From NCBI GenBank assembly GCA_043228905.1, contig JBHGNT010000008.1:22382001-22446000 (forward strand): a DNA stretch of 64,000 nucleotides, in the 5' to 3' direction. Each line of letters begins with the position of its first letter. Position 1 is the stretch's first letter. A program made the position numbers and the translations under genes. This stretch comes from Azolla caroliniana. Taxonomy: Eukaryota; Plantae; Polypodiophyta. Positions 12,241 through 25,363 of the stretch are shown here, piece by piece. Under the pieces are notes generated by a model that had not been told where the DNA came from, ran no database searches, and saw only the letters and a program-made list of their open reading frames with translations.

Positions 12241-14290
12241 AACCAAAAAGCTCAAAGCGTCCTCATATGATATCGGATTTCAGAGTTCAAATACTTGCAT
12301 CGAAGCCACCAAAGTATGCTATCAAATGAGGTATTAAAATCTAAGTTTTGAAATTTAGGAGAAGCGACATGAATTAAAGAATAAAGTTGTGGTAGAAGTC
12401 ATGCACGGGGCTCAATTACTTGATTCGAAGCCAACGAAGTGGGCTATCACATGACCTAACAAAATCAAAGTTTTGAAGTTTAGGCAAAGAGACATGATGG
12501 AAAAAGTAAAATTGTGGTAGAAGTCATGTAGGGCCAGAGAAGAGCGCCCACATAAATCAAAAACCTCATAGCATCCTCATATGATATCGGATTTCTGAGT
12601 TCAAATACTTGAACCGAAAGGAATGAAGCATGCTATCATATGACCTAGGAAAATCTAAGTTTTGAAATTTCTACCAAGATACATGACGGAGAAATTAACG
12701 TTGTGGTAGAAGTCATGTAGGGGCAAACAAGAGCGCCCACATGAATAAAAAAACTCATAGCGTCTACATATGATATCGGATTTCCGAGTTCAAATACTTG
12801 AATCGAAGCCAACAAAGTTGGCTATCACATGACCTAACAAAATCTAAGGTTTGGAATTGAGGACAAGAGACATGATAGAAAAAGTAATGTTGTGGTAGAA
12901 GTCATGTAGGGCCAAACAAGAACACCCACATGAACCAAAAAGCTCATAGCGTCCACATATGATATCGAATTTCTGAGTTCAAATACTTGAATCGAAGCCA
13001 ACAAAGTGGCCTATGATATGACCTCAGAAAATCTAAGTTTTGAAATTCAGGCCAAGAGAAATATTTGAAAAAATAAAGTTGTGGTAGAAGCCATCTACGG
13101 GCAAATAAGAGCGCCCACATGAATAAAAAAGCTAATAGCTTCCATGTCCATATCGGATTTTGTTAGTTCAAATACTTGAATCGAACCCAATGAAGTGGCC
13201 TATCATATGACCTATCATATGACCTAAGACATGATGGGAAAAGTAAAGTTGTCGTAGACGTCATGCAGGGGTAAACAAGAGAGCCCACATGAATCAAAAA
13301 CATCATAGCGTCCTCATATCATATATGATTTCCGAGTTCAAATACTTGAATCGAAACCAACGAAGCGGGCTATCACATGACATAAGAAAATTTAAGTTTT
13401 TAAATTCAGGGCAAGAGATATGATGGAAAAACTAACGTTGTGGTAGAAGTCATGTAGGGCCAAACAAGATCGCCCACATGAACTAAAAAGCTCATAGTGT
13501 CCACATATAATATCGCATTTCCTAGTTTAATTAGTTGATTTGAAGCCAACGAAGTAGGCTATCACATGACCTAAGAAAATCTACGTTTTGACGTTTGGCA
13601 AAGAGACATGATGGGAAAAAAAATTTGTGGTAGAAGTCATGTTGGGCCAAAGAAGAGTACCCACATAAATAAAAAAACTCATATCATCCTGATATGATAT
13701 CGGATTTCCGAGTTCAAATACTTGAACCGAAGGCAATGAAGTATGCTATCATATGACCTAGGAAAATCTATGTTTTGAAATTTCTACCAAGATATATGAC
13801 GGAGAAATTAACGTTGTGGTAGAAGTCATGTAGGGGCAAACAAGAGCGCCCACATGAATCAAAAAACTCATAGCGTCTACATATGATATCAGATTTCCAA
13901 GTTCAAATACTTGAATCAAAGCCAACGTAGTTGGCTATCACATGACCTAACAAAATCTGAGGTTTGGAATTGAGGACAAGAGACATGATGGAAAAAGTAA
14001 TGTTTTGGTAGAAGTCATGTAGGGCCAAACAAGAGCGCCCACATGAACAATGAAGCTCATAGCGTCCACATATGATATGGGATTTCGGAGTTCAAATACA
14101 CGAATCGAAGCCAACGAAGTAGCCTATCATATGAGCTAAGAAAATCTAAGTTTTTAAATTCAGGCCAAGAGGTATGACAGAAAAAGTAACATTGTGGTAA
14201 AAGTCATATAGGGCTAAACAATATCGCCCACATGAACCAAAAAGCTCAAAGCGTCCACATATGATCTCGGATTTCTGCCAAGAGCGCCCA
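12240..14290 (+). repeat. 189-bp variant satellite block, homologous to the 178-bp monomer
   Basis: Marker TTGTGGTAGAAG at 12512, 12701, 12890 and 13079 (period 189). Shares GATATCGGATTT, GAATCGAAGC.AAC and GAGACATGA with the 178-mer. Confidence 0.92.
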
Positions 14291-17200
14291 CATGCGAATC
14301 GAAGCTAATGACAAACTCTATAATATGGAATTGAAAAATCATGATTTTGAAGGTCAGGTCAAGACACATGAAGAAAAAAGCACAGTTGAGGAGGGCGTAG
14401 ACAAGAGTGCGTGAGTAAATGAAAATGTTCATACCTGGCTCGTGTCATATCGAATTTTAGTGTTCAAACATGCGAATCAAAGCTAATGACACAATCTATA
14501 AATGGAATTGAAAAATCATGATTTTCAAACTCAGGTCAAGAGAAATGGAAAAAAATGCAAACTTGAGGATGGTGAATTGAAGCTCACTACACACTCTATA
14601 ATATTGAATATAAAAATCATGATTTTGAAACTCAGGTCGAAAGACATGAAGAAAAAAGCAAAGTTAAGGAGGGCGTAGACAAGAGCGCGTGAGTAAATGA
14701 AAATGTTCATATCTGGCTCGTGTCATATCGGATTTTAGTGTTCAAACATGGAAATTGAAGCTAATGACACACTCGATAATATGGAATTGAAAAATCATGA
14801 TTTTGTCACTAAGGTAAAAAGATGTGAAGAAAAAAGCAATGTTGAGGATGGCGTAGACAAGAGCGTGTGAGTAAATGAAAATGTTCATACCTGGCGCGTG
14901 TCATATCGGATTTTTGTGTTCAAACATGCGAATCCATGCTAATGACACACTCTATAATATGGAATGGAAAAATCATGATTTTGAAGGTCAGGTTGAGAGA
15001 CATGAAGAAAAAAGAAAAGTTGAGGAGGGCGTAGACGAGAGCGCGTGAGTAAATGAAAATGTTCATACCTGGCTCATATCGGATTTTTGTGTTCAAATAT
15101 GCGAATCGAAGCTAACAACCCTAACTATGATATGGAATTGAACAATCAAGATTTTGAAACTCAGGTCGAGAGACATGAAGAAAATAGCACGTGAGTAAAT
15201 GAAAATGTTCATACCTGGCTCCTATGATATCGGTTTTTGTGTTCAAGCATTCGGATAAGACCGAAAAACGCTAGCTATGATATGGAATTGAAAAATCAAG
15301 ATTTTGAAACTCAGGTCAAGAGACATGACCAAAATAGCAAACTTGAGGTGGAAGTGGAGAAGAGCCCGTTAGTAAATGAAAATGTTCATACCTAGCTCGT
15401 GTGATATCGGATTTTTGTGGTCAAACATGCCAATCGAAGCTAACAACGCTAGGTATGATATTGAATTAGAAAATGAAGATTTTGAAACTCAGGTCGAGAG
15501 ACATGACAAAAATAGCAAACTTGATGAGGGAGTGGAGAAGAGCCCGTTAGTAAATGGAAATGTTCATACCTGGTTTGTGTGATATCGGATTTTTGTGTTC
15601 AAACATGCGAATCAAAGCTAACAACGTTAGCTATTATATTGAATTGAAAAATAAAAATTTTGAAACTCAGGTGGAGAGACATGACGAAAATAGCAAACTT
15701 GAGGAAGGAATGGTAAAGAGTGTGTTAGTAAATGAAAATGTTCATACCTGGCTCGTATGATATCGGATTTTATTGTTAAAACATGTGAATCGAAGCTAAC
15801 AATGCTAGCTATGATATGCAATTAAAAAATCAAGATTTTGAAACTCAGGTCGAGAGACAAAAAGAAAAAAGCAAACTTGAGGACGGTATAAACAAGAGCA
15901 CATGAGTAAATGAAAATGTTCATACCTGGCTCGTATGATATCGGATTTTTGTGTTCAATCATTTGGATCAAACCGAAAAACGCTAACTATGATATAGAAT
16001 TAAAAAATAAGAATTTTGAAACTCGGGTCGAGAGACATGACGAAAATAGCAAATTTGACGAGGGAGTGGAGAAGAGCCCGTTAGTAAATTAAAATGTTCA
16101 TACCTGGCTCGTGTGATATCGGATTTTTGTGGTCAAACATGCGAATCGAAACTAACAATGCTAGCTATGATATTGAATTGAATAATCAAAATTTTTAAAC
16201 TAAGGTCGAGAGACATGACGAAAATAGCAAACTTGAGGGAGGAGTGAAACTGAGCCCGTTAGTAAAGGAAAATGTTCATACCTGGCTCGTGTGATATCGG
16301 ATTTTTGTGTTCAAACATGTGAATCTAAGCTAACAATGCTAGCTATGATATGAAATTAAAAATCAAGATTTTAAAACTCAGGTCGAGAGACATGACAGTA
16401 ATAGCAAACTTGAGGAGGTCGTAGACAAGAGCCCGTTAGTAAATGAAAATATTCATACCTGGCTCGTGTGATATCGGATTTTTGTGTTCAAACATGCAAA
16501 TCGAAGCTAACAACGCTAGCTATGATATGCAATTAAATAATCAAGATTTCGAAACTCAAGTAGAGAGACATGACGAAAATAGCAAACTTGAGGAGGGTGT
16601 GGAAAAGAGTCCGTTCGTAAATGAAAATGTTCATACTTGGTTCGTGTGATATCGGATTTTTGTGTTCAAACATGCGAATCGAAGCTAACAACGCTAGCTA
16701 TGATATGGAGTTGAAAGTCAAAATTTTGAAACTCAGGTCGAGAGACACGAACAAAAAAGAAAACTTGAGTAGGGTGTAGACAAAAGCACGTGAGCAAATG
16801 AAAATGTTCATACCTGGCTCGTGTGATATCGGATTTTTGTGTTCAAACATGTGAATCGAAGCTAACAACACTAGCTAGGATATGCAATGGAAAAATCAAT
16901 ATTTTGAAACTCAGGTCTAGAGACAGGCAGAAAATAGCAAACTCTAGGACAAAAGCCTGTGAGTAAATGAAAATGTTTATACCCGGCTCGTCTGATATCA
17001 GATTGTTGTGTTCAAACATGCGTATCAAAGCTAACAACGCTAGCTTTGATATGGAATTGAAAAATGAAGATTTGGAAACTCAGGTGAATATACAAAAAGA
17101 AAATAGCAAACTTGAGGATGGTGTAGACTAGAGCGCGTGAGTAAATGAAAATGTTCATACCTGGCTTGTGTGATATCGGATTTTTGTGTTCAAGCATTCG

Positions 17201-17639
17201 AATTGAACCGAAAAACGCTAGCTATGGTATGGATTTGGAAAATCGAGATTTTGAAACTCAGATCGAGAGACATGACGAAAATAGAAAACTTGAGGAGGGA
17301 TTGGAGAAGAGCCCATTAGTAAATGAAAATGTTCATACCTGGCTCGTGTGATATCGGATTGTTGTGTTCAAGCATTCGGATCGAACCGAAAAACGCTAGC
17401 TATGATATGGAATTAAAAAATCTAGATTTTGAAACTAAGGTCGAGAGACATGAAGAAAATAGCAAACTTGAGAAGGTCGTAGACAAGAGTTGGTTAGTAA
17501 ATGAAAATGTTCATACCTGGCTCATGTGATATCGGATTTTTGTTTTTATTGTCAACTGTTAGGTCGTTACAAGGAGTTCGAGCGACGTAGTAATAGGGTA
17601 GATAATCTAATAGGAAGAAAATAGATTGTGAGTACTACG

Positions 17640-17642
<3 letters not shown>

Positions 17643-17691
<49 letters not shown>
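17643..17691. repeat. (GA)n microsatellite in the Penelope-like 3' tail
   Basis: Pure GA run. Confidence 0.95.
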
Positions 17692-17693
<2 letters not shown>

Positions 17694-17721
17694 CAAGAAA
17701 ATATCATTAGAATGAAAAGAA

Positions 17722-17778
17722 AGACCTTATGCAGCAAACTAGTTTCGCTCAAGAATGAGCTCATCAGTTCAAAGGTCT
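17722..17778 (-). ncRNA. Minimal type-I hammerhead ribozyme
   Basis: Minus strand: AGACCTTTGAA-CTGATGA-GCTCA(TTCT)TGAGC-GAAAC-TA-GTT-TGCTGCATAAGGTCT. Contains the CUGAUGA and GAAA core, a 5-bp stem II, a palindromic stem III (AAACTAGTTT) and distal stem I AGACCTT/AAGGTCT. Confidence 0.88.
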
Positions 17779-18062
17779 ATTACAAGATGGGTGTAGCTTT
17801 ATATAAGGTGGGGGAGGTGGGAGAGGGAGAGGGAGAGAGGAGAAATAAGAGTTAGTGATGGGAGAGAGATGAAGGGGGTAATGGTAGGCAGTTGAATGAT
17901 ACAAAGTAAGTGGTGGTGGGCTAATAAGAGTGGAGGGTTATAAGTATGTGTATGCTAAGTAATAAGTGGGGGTGGGCTATGAAAAGTGGGAGATTATGGT
18001 AAGTAATAAGTGGGGGTGTGTTATGCATAAGTGGGGGGTTATAAGTAAGTAAATGTGTAGTG

Positions 18063-20066
18063 TTAAGTAAGAGATTTTGGGGATGACCTTTTATATTTAG
18101 TTTTGACCGAAAAAGAGTGAATGGACTTGGACTTAGTCCAACACACAAGAGGTCTAGGTATCTGAGATAGTTTGGGATCTAAGAGTAAATCCTCGTGGAG
18201 GTTTTTTAGCATGTCGTGAATTCCCATCTTAGGGGTATCTCGTGTATATCTAAGTTTGAAGATAACGGGTAGAAGAGTACTTTTGGGTTTCCTACTATAT
18301 ATTAGTGATTTCCTAACCCTAAAGGGGTCATTTTTATAATTCTCTTTTATGAAAGAAGGGGGATTTCCTCTCGTAATTAGTCTAGTAAAAAATAGTTTTT
18401 TCATTCGACGGAAACCTAAAGGAGTGCTTTCTCTAATTAGGTATCGTTTTAGTTCATTAATAATAAAATGTCTTTTTAAATGAAGGGGGTGTTCTGACGA
18501 GAACGGGAGATATTGGTAAGCATTTTGGGGCTTTTGGTAGCAATTAAAGGAGAATTTTGAGTTTTCTAGGTTAATCCATAAGTCTAGGAAGGGTAATCTA
18601 GAGGGGGAAGTGGTGATGGTAAGTTTGATACAATTATTAGTAGAGGTATTATAGAATTGAAGGTAATTTTCTAACTCGAGTTTAGTACCCGTCCATATTC
18701 CGAAAGCGTCATCTATATATCTAGTGAAAAAGCAAAGATTTGGGTGTGGTGGTTGCGAATTCTCTAAGTGAGCTAAGAAAAGGCAAGCACATACTACGGA
18801 AAAATTACTACCCATGGCTATACCCTTTACTTGTTGATAAATTACGTCTTCAAAAGAGAGAAAGTGATATTCTAATGTGAGTGCGCTAAGTGTATAAATA
18901 AGGTTAGTTTTAGAAGTCGAAAAATGGGGGGTAATGATTTTTCGTAAGGCTTCTAGACCTAGCTTAGGGGGAATGCTAGGATATAAGGATTCAACATCAA
19001 AGGTAAAGATAAAGCTATTAGGGGTTGGTTTAAGATGTTCTAGAGTTTGGATAAGGGAGTGTGAGTCTTTCAAATATTGTTTTTGAAGGAGAAGGATTGG
19101 CATGAGTTGGTGGTGAAGCCATTTAGACGTCTGTTAAAAAAGAGAGTTATTATATGAACAAATAGGTCTAAAACCCATTGGGTTCTTGTGGAGTTTGGGG
19201 AGGAAGTAGAGATTGCATACTTGGTATCCTATTGAGGGCTTATGTAGTATGTAGTTGGCTTCTATGGTGGATAAGGTACCTAGATGGTTGTTAACAATCT
19301 TTTTAAGTCTATATGATAACTCTTCAAGTGGATAGTGGGAAACTACTCTATAGGTATTAGAATCGGAAAGGTGTTCTACAACTTTGTTATAGTATGTGTC
19401 TTTGTTAAGAACACAAACTCCAACGTTTTTATCCGCGGGTAAAATTATGATTCTATTGTTATTTCTAAGAGATCGTAAGGCTTGTAATAAGTGGAGTGGT
19501 ATCCTAGTGGGTTTTAATTTGAGTGTATGAAGTGTATTACTAAAGAGAGTTTGATGTTTAACTATAATGTTTTCTAGGGGTATGTATTTAGTAGGGGGTT
19601 GCCAACTAGGGTTAGGTAGTTTAAAGGGATTTAGGGGGGAATTATCCTCATCTTTGAAAAAGTGTTTAAGTCGGAGGGTCCTACTAAGGCTATCAAATTC
19701 TTTAAGTTGGATAAGAGGTGGAGGTGGGGAAGATGGGAGGATGTGTTTCAAACCTAGGTTGAGGAGTTGTGTCTCGTGTTTGGAGAGGGTATAATCAGAG
19801 TGATTGTGTATCCTACTACTAATTACAGGTTTCTTAAGGAGGGGAGTCCAAAATTTGGTTCATGGTTTTTTAGTATTTGACTTTTTAGTGTGTGATTTAG
19901 TGTAAGGGGAGAAGGGGAAATGAAAGTTTGTTCTACCTAGCCACATGTAGGTATCACAAGTTAAGGGGGGCCTATCTAGTATGTAAAAGAGACGCTTACA
20001 AGGGTGCAAGGCGTGCTTAAAACGTTTACTAATTCGTTTAGCACGCCTCGCTACCCGTTTTTTGGT
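18063..20066 (-). pseudogene. Penelope-like reverse transcriptase ORF2 with two in-frame stops (19860-19862 and 19134-19136)
   Basis: LLNLGLK, IIILPADKNVGVCVL, LYFLPKLHKNPMGFRPICS, TFDVESLYPSIP, GIAMGSNFS, RYIDDAFGIW, LPFLDLWI, YQKPQNAYQYLPFSSEHP. Ends without a GIY-YIG domain. Confidence 0.92.
20006..20063 (-). promoter_or_regulatory. Putative -1 programmed ribosomal frameshift signal
   Basis: A_AAA_AAC, spacer GGGTA, then a 12-bp stem GCGAGGCGTGCT/AGCACGCCTTGC plus AAACG/CGTTT. Confidence 0.8.
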
Positions 20067-20905
20067 CTACATGTAGATGACCGAGTTTTAGTTTGGGGGT
20101 GAGGTAGGGGTTTGTAAGAGCTATGGGGGTTTGATTTATTATATGGGTGTGTGGTAGGGGCAAACGAGTTAGAATTAGGAAAAAGGGGAGGGGTATTATA
20201 TGTAAATAGGGAGGGGTTATTTTTCAAATTATGTGAGAAAAAGGGGGGGGGGTGCATGTGTGGAATTATTATGAAAGGAGAGGGAGTGTGTAAAGATATT
20301 AGGGGGGGAGGGGGCTGTGTTAGAAATAGGGGGAGGGGTAAGACCAGAATTATACAAAGTGTTGGGGGGAAAATATGGATGGGGGTCATTACAAAAAGGG
20401 GGAAGGGGGTTAGGTTGGGGAATATTAGAAAGTAATGGAGGGGTATACAAGGAATTTGCAGAAAATGTGGGAGGGTTTTGAGAGTGAAAGGGGTGTGGGT
20501 GTAGTGGCCATGAATAAGGAAAGGGGAATGGGTTATGCTGCTTTATTGTAGGAGGAGGGAAAGAAAATTGAGGGGCAAAGGAGGAGGGATGAGAGGCTTT
20601 GAGGGGCTCAGTATACAGAGGAGGGCTAGAGAGCAAGGGGGGAAGGTGAGAATGGGGGAGGTCGACGCCTCTATAGTCGACTGTACGCGCCGAGTCGAGA
20701 ACACCGCCGCCCGTCTTTAGCTTTAATCCATCGTGTTGTTGGTGGTTGTGTAGGGCCGACGAGAAACCAACAGGTGCGGCCGATGAGTGGAAAGTATGGA
20801 TCAAAGATGGGGGTACTCTGTGTGAGCTGTGTGGCCAAGGTAGCGTATGATGGTTGATGTCACCGCCGCCGCCGCCACCGACGCCGCCGCCATCGTTGCC
20901 GTAGC
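20051..20905 (-). CDS. ORF1 of the Penelope-like element: Pro/His/Ser/Asn-rich low-complexity protein, 5'-truncated, one frameshift at a homopolymer (about 20243-20252)
   Basis: Open from the satellite junction (GYGNDGGG..) through ORF 20229-20804 and into ORF 20051-20389, ending ..CRPKNG*. The same RPKNG* terminus is seen in copy 2. Confidence 0.6.
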
Positions 20906-23900
20906 CGTATCGAAGTGTACAACACTAGCTATGATATGGAATTGAAAAATCAATATTTTGAAACTCAGGTCGAGAAACATGAAGAAAATAGCAAACTTGA
21001 GGAGGGAGTGGACAAGAGCCCGTGAGTAAATGAAAATGTTCATACCTAGCTCGTGTGATATCAGGTTGTTGTGTTCAAACATGGGTAGAGAAGCTAACAA
21101 CGCTAGCTATGATATGGAATTGAGAAATCAATATTTTGAAACTCAGGTCAATATACAAAAAGAAAATAGCAAACTTAAGGACAGTGTAGACAAGAGCGCG
21201 TAGGTAAATGAAAATGGTCATACCTCGCTCGTGTGATATCAGATTTTTGTGTTCAAGCATTCGAATCGAACAGAAAAACGCTACCTTTGAGAGGGATTTG
21301 AAAAATCGAGATTTTGACTCTCAGGTCGAGAGACATGACGAAAATAGCAAACTTGAGGAGGGATTGGAGAAGAGCCGGTTAGTAAATGAAAATGTTCATA
21401 CCTGGCTCATGTGATATCAGATTTTTGTGTTCAAACCTGCGAATCGAAGATAACAACACTAGCTATGATATGGAATTAAAAAGGGAATATTTTGAAACTC
21501 AGCTCGAGAGACAAGCAGAAAATAGCAAACTTGAGGAAGGAGTGGACAAGAGCCCATGAGTAAATGAAAATGTTCATTCCTGGCTCGTGTGATATCAGAT
21601 TGTTATGTTCAAACATGCGTATCGAAGCTAACAACGCTGGCTATGATATGGAATTGAAAAATCAAGATTTTGAAACTCAGGTCAATATACAAAAAGAAAA
21701 TAGAAAACTTGAGGACGGTTTACACAAGAGCGCGTGAGTAAATGAAAATGTTCATACCTGGCTCGTGTGATATCGGATTTTTGTGCTCAAGCATTCGTAT
21801 CAAACCGAAACACGCTAGCTATGATATGGATTTGAAAAATCGAGATTTTGACACTCAGGTCGAGAGACATGACGAAAATAGCAAACTTGAGGAGGGATTG
21901 GAGAAGAGCCCGTTAGTAAATGAAAATGTTCATACCTAGCTCGTGTGATATCAGATTTTTGTGTTCAAACATGCAAATCGAAGCTAACAACACTAGCTAA
22001 GATATGGAATTGTAAAATCAATATTTTGAAAACTCAGGTCGAGAGACAAGAAGAAAATAGCAAACTTGAGGAGGGAGTGGACAAGAGCCCCTGAGTAAAT
22101 GAAAATGTTCATACTTGGCTCGTGTGATATTAGATTGTTGTGTTCAAACATGTGTATCGAAGCTAACAACGCTAGCTATGATATGGAATTGAAAAATTAA
22201 GATTTTGAAACTCAGGTCGAGAGACATGAAGAAAATAGCAAACTTGAGGACGGTGTAGTCAAGAGCGCCTGAGTAAATGAAAATGTTCATACATGGCTCG
22301 TGTGATATCGGATTTTTGTGTTCAAGCATTTGAAACGAACCGAAAAACGCTAGCTATGATATGGATTTGAAAAATCGAGATTTTGAAACTCAGGTCGAGA
22401 GACATGAAGAAAATAGCAAACTTCAGGATGGATTGGAGAAGAGCCCATTAGTAAATGAAAATGTATATACCTGGCTCGTGTGATATCGGATTTTTGTGGT
22501 CAAACATACCAATCGAAGCTAACAACGCTAGGTATGATATTGAATTAGAAAATGAAGATTTTGAAGCTTAGGTCGAGAGACATGATGAAAATAGCAAACT
22601 TGACGAGGGAGTGGAGAAGAGCTCGTTAGTAAATGGAAATGTTCATACCTGGTTCGTGTGATATCGGATTTTTGTGTTCAAACATGCGAATCGAAGCTAA
22701 CGACGTTAGCTAAAATATTGAATTGAAAAATAAAAATTTTGAAACTCAGCTGGAGAGACATGACGAAAATAGCAAACTTGAGGAAGGAATGGAAAAGAGC
22801 CTGTTAGTAAATGAAAATGTTCACACCTGGCTCGTGTGATATCGGATTTTTGAGTTAAAACATGTGAATCGAAGGTAACAATGGTAGCTATGATATGCAA
22901 TTAAAAAATCAAGATTTTCAAACTCAGGTCGAGAGATAAAAAGAAAAAAGCAAACTTGAGGACAGTGTAGACAAGAGCTCGTGAGTAAATTAAAATGTTC
23001 ATACCTGGCTCCTGTGATCCCGGATTATTGTGTTCAAAGATTCGAATCGAAGATAACAACAGTAGCTATGATATGGATTTAAAAAATCAAGACTTTGAAA
23101 CTCAGGTCGAGAGACATGAAGAAATTAGTAAATTAGAGGAGGGAGTTGAGAAGAGCTCGTGAGTAAATTAAAATGTTCATATCTGGCTCCTGTGATCCCG
23201 GATTATTGTGTTCAAAGATTGAAATCGAAGCTAACAACAGTAGCTATGATATGGAATTAAAAAATCAAGATTTCAAAACTGGGGTCGAGAGACATGAAGA
23301 AATTAATAAATTAGAGGAGGGAGTGGAGAAGAGCTCGTGAGTAAATTAAAATGTTCATACCTGGCTCGTGTGATATCGGATTTTTGTGTTCAAAGATGCG
23401 AATCAAAGCTAACAACGCTAGCTATGATATGGAATTAGAAAATCAAGATTTTGAAACTCAGGTCGAGAGACATGAAGAAATTACCAAATTAGAGGAGGGA
23501 GTTGAGAAAAGCTTGTGAGTAAATTAAAATGTTCATAACTGGCTCGTGTGATATTGGATTTTAGTGTTCAAACATGCGAATCGAAGCTAACAACGCTAGC
23601 TATGATATGGAATTAAAAAATCAAGATTTTGAAACTCAGGTCGACAGACATGAAGAAATTACAAAATTTGAGGAGGGAGTTGAGACGAGGCTGAGAGTAA
23701 ATTAAAATGTTCATAGCTGGCTTGTGTGATATCGGATTTTTGTGTTCAGAGATGCAAATCGAAGCTAACAACACTAGCTATGATATGGAATGAAAAAATC
23801 AAGATTTTGGAACTCAGGTCGAGAGACATGAAGAAATTAGTAAATTAGAGGAGGGAATTGAGAAGAGCTCGTGAGTAAATTAAAATGTTCATACCTGGCT

Positions 23901-25363
23901 CCTGTGAGCCCGGATTATTGTGTTCAAAGATTCGAATCGAAGTTAACAACAGTAGCTATGATATGGATTTGAAAAATCGAGATTTTGACCCTCAGGTCGA
24001 GAGACATGACGAAAATAGCAAACTTGAGAACGGTGTACACAAGAGCGCGTGAGTAAATGAAAATTTTCATACCTGGCTTGTATGATATCGGATTTTTGTG
24101 TTCGAGCATTCGAATCAAACAGGAAAACGCTAGGTATGATATGGATTTGAGAAATCGAGATTTTGACACTCAGGTTGAGAGACATGACGAAAATAGCAAA
24201 CTTGAGGAGGGATTGGAGAAGAGCCGGTTAGTAAATGAAAATGTTCATACCTGGCTCGTATGATATTAGATTGTTGTGTTCAAACATGCGTATCAAAGAT
24301 AACAATGCTAGCTTTGATATGGAATTGAAAAATCAACATTTTGTAACGCATGTCAATATACAAAAAGAAAATAGCAAACTTGAGGACGGTGTACACAAGA
24401 GCACGTGAGTAAATGAAAATGTTCATACCTGGCTCGTGTGATATCGGATTTTTGTGTTCAAGCATTCGAATCGAACCGAAAAACGCTAGCTATGATATGG
24501 ATTTAAAAAATCGGGATTTTGACACTCAGGTCGAGAGACATGACGAAAATAGCAAAGTTGAAGAGGGACTGGAGAAGAGCCGGTTAGTAGATGAAAATGT
24601 TCATACCTAGCTCGTGTGATATCAGATTGTTGTGTTCAAACATGCGTAAAAAAGCAAACAACGCTAGGTATGATATGGAGTTGAAAAATCAAGATTTTGA
24701 AACTCAGGTCAATATACAAAAAGAAAATAGCAAACTTGAGGACGGTGTACACAAGAGCGCGTGAGTAAATGAAAATGTTCATACCTGGCTTGTGTGATAT
24801 CGAATTTTTGTGTTCAAGCATTCAAATCGAACCGAAAAATGCTAGCTATGATATGGATTTGAAAAGTCGAGATTTTGACACTCAGGTCGAGAGACATGAC
24901 AAAAATAGCAATCTTGAGGAGGGATTTGAGAAGAGCCGGTTAGTAAATGAAAATGTTCATCCCTGGCTCGTGTGATATAAGATTTTTGTGTTCAAACATG
25001 CGAGTCGAAGCTAAAAACACTAGCTATGATACTGAATTGAAAAATCAAGATTTTGAAACTCTGGTCGAGAGACATGTAGAAAATAGCCAACTTGAGTCGG
25101 TCGTAGACAAGAGCCCGTTAGTAAATAAAAATGTTCATACCTGGCTCGTGTCATATCAGATTTTTGTGTTCAAACATGCGAATCGAAGCTAACAACGCTA
25201 GTTATGATGTGCAATTAAAAAATCAAGATTTTGAAACTCAGGTCGAGAGACATGAAGAAAATAGCAAACTTGAGAAGGTCGTAGACAAGAGCTCGTTAGT
25301 AAATGAAAATGTTTATACTTGGCTCGTGTTATATCGGATTTTTGTGTTCAAATATGCGAATCG

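Larger units (their letters stand above)
17544..20905 (-). mobile_element. Endonuclease-deficient Penelope-like retroelement, copy 1, 5'-truncated, inserted in the satellite
   Basis: Order on the minus strand: Pro-rich ORF1, RT ORF2, 3'UTR, TATA, hammerhead, (CT)n, tail. The satellite stops at 17543 and resumes at about 20906 with about 11 bp missing and no TSD. Confidence 0.92.

Noticed and set aside
17628-17855. RE-repeat ORFs here and at 40265-40453
   Set aside because: Translations of (GA)n microsatellites.
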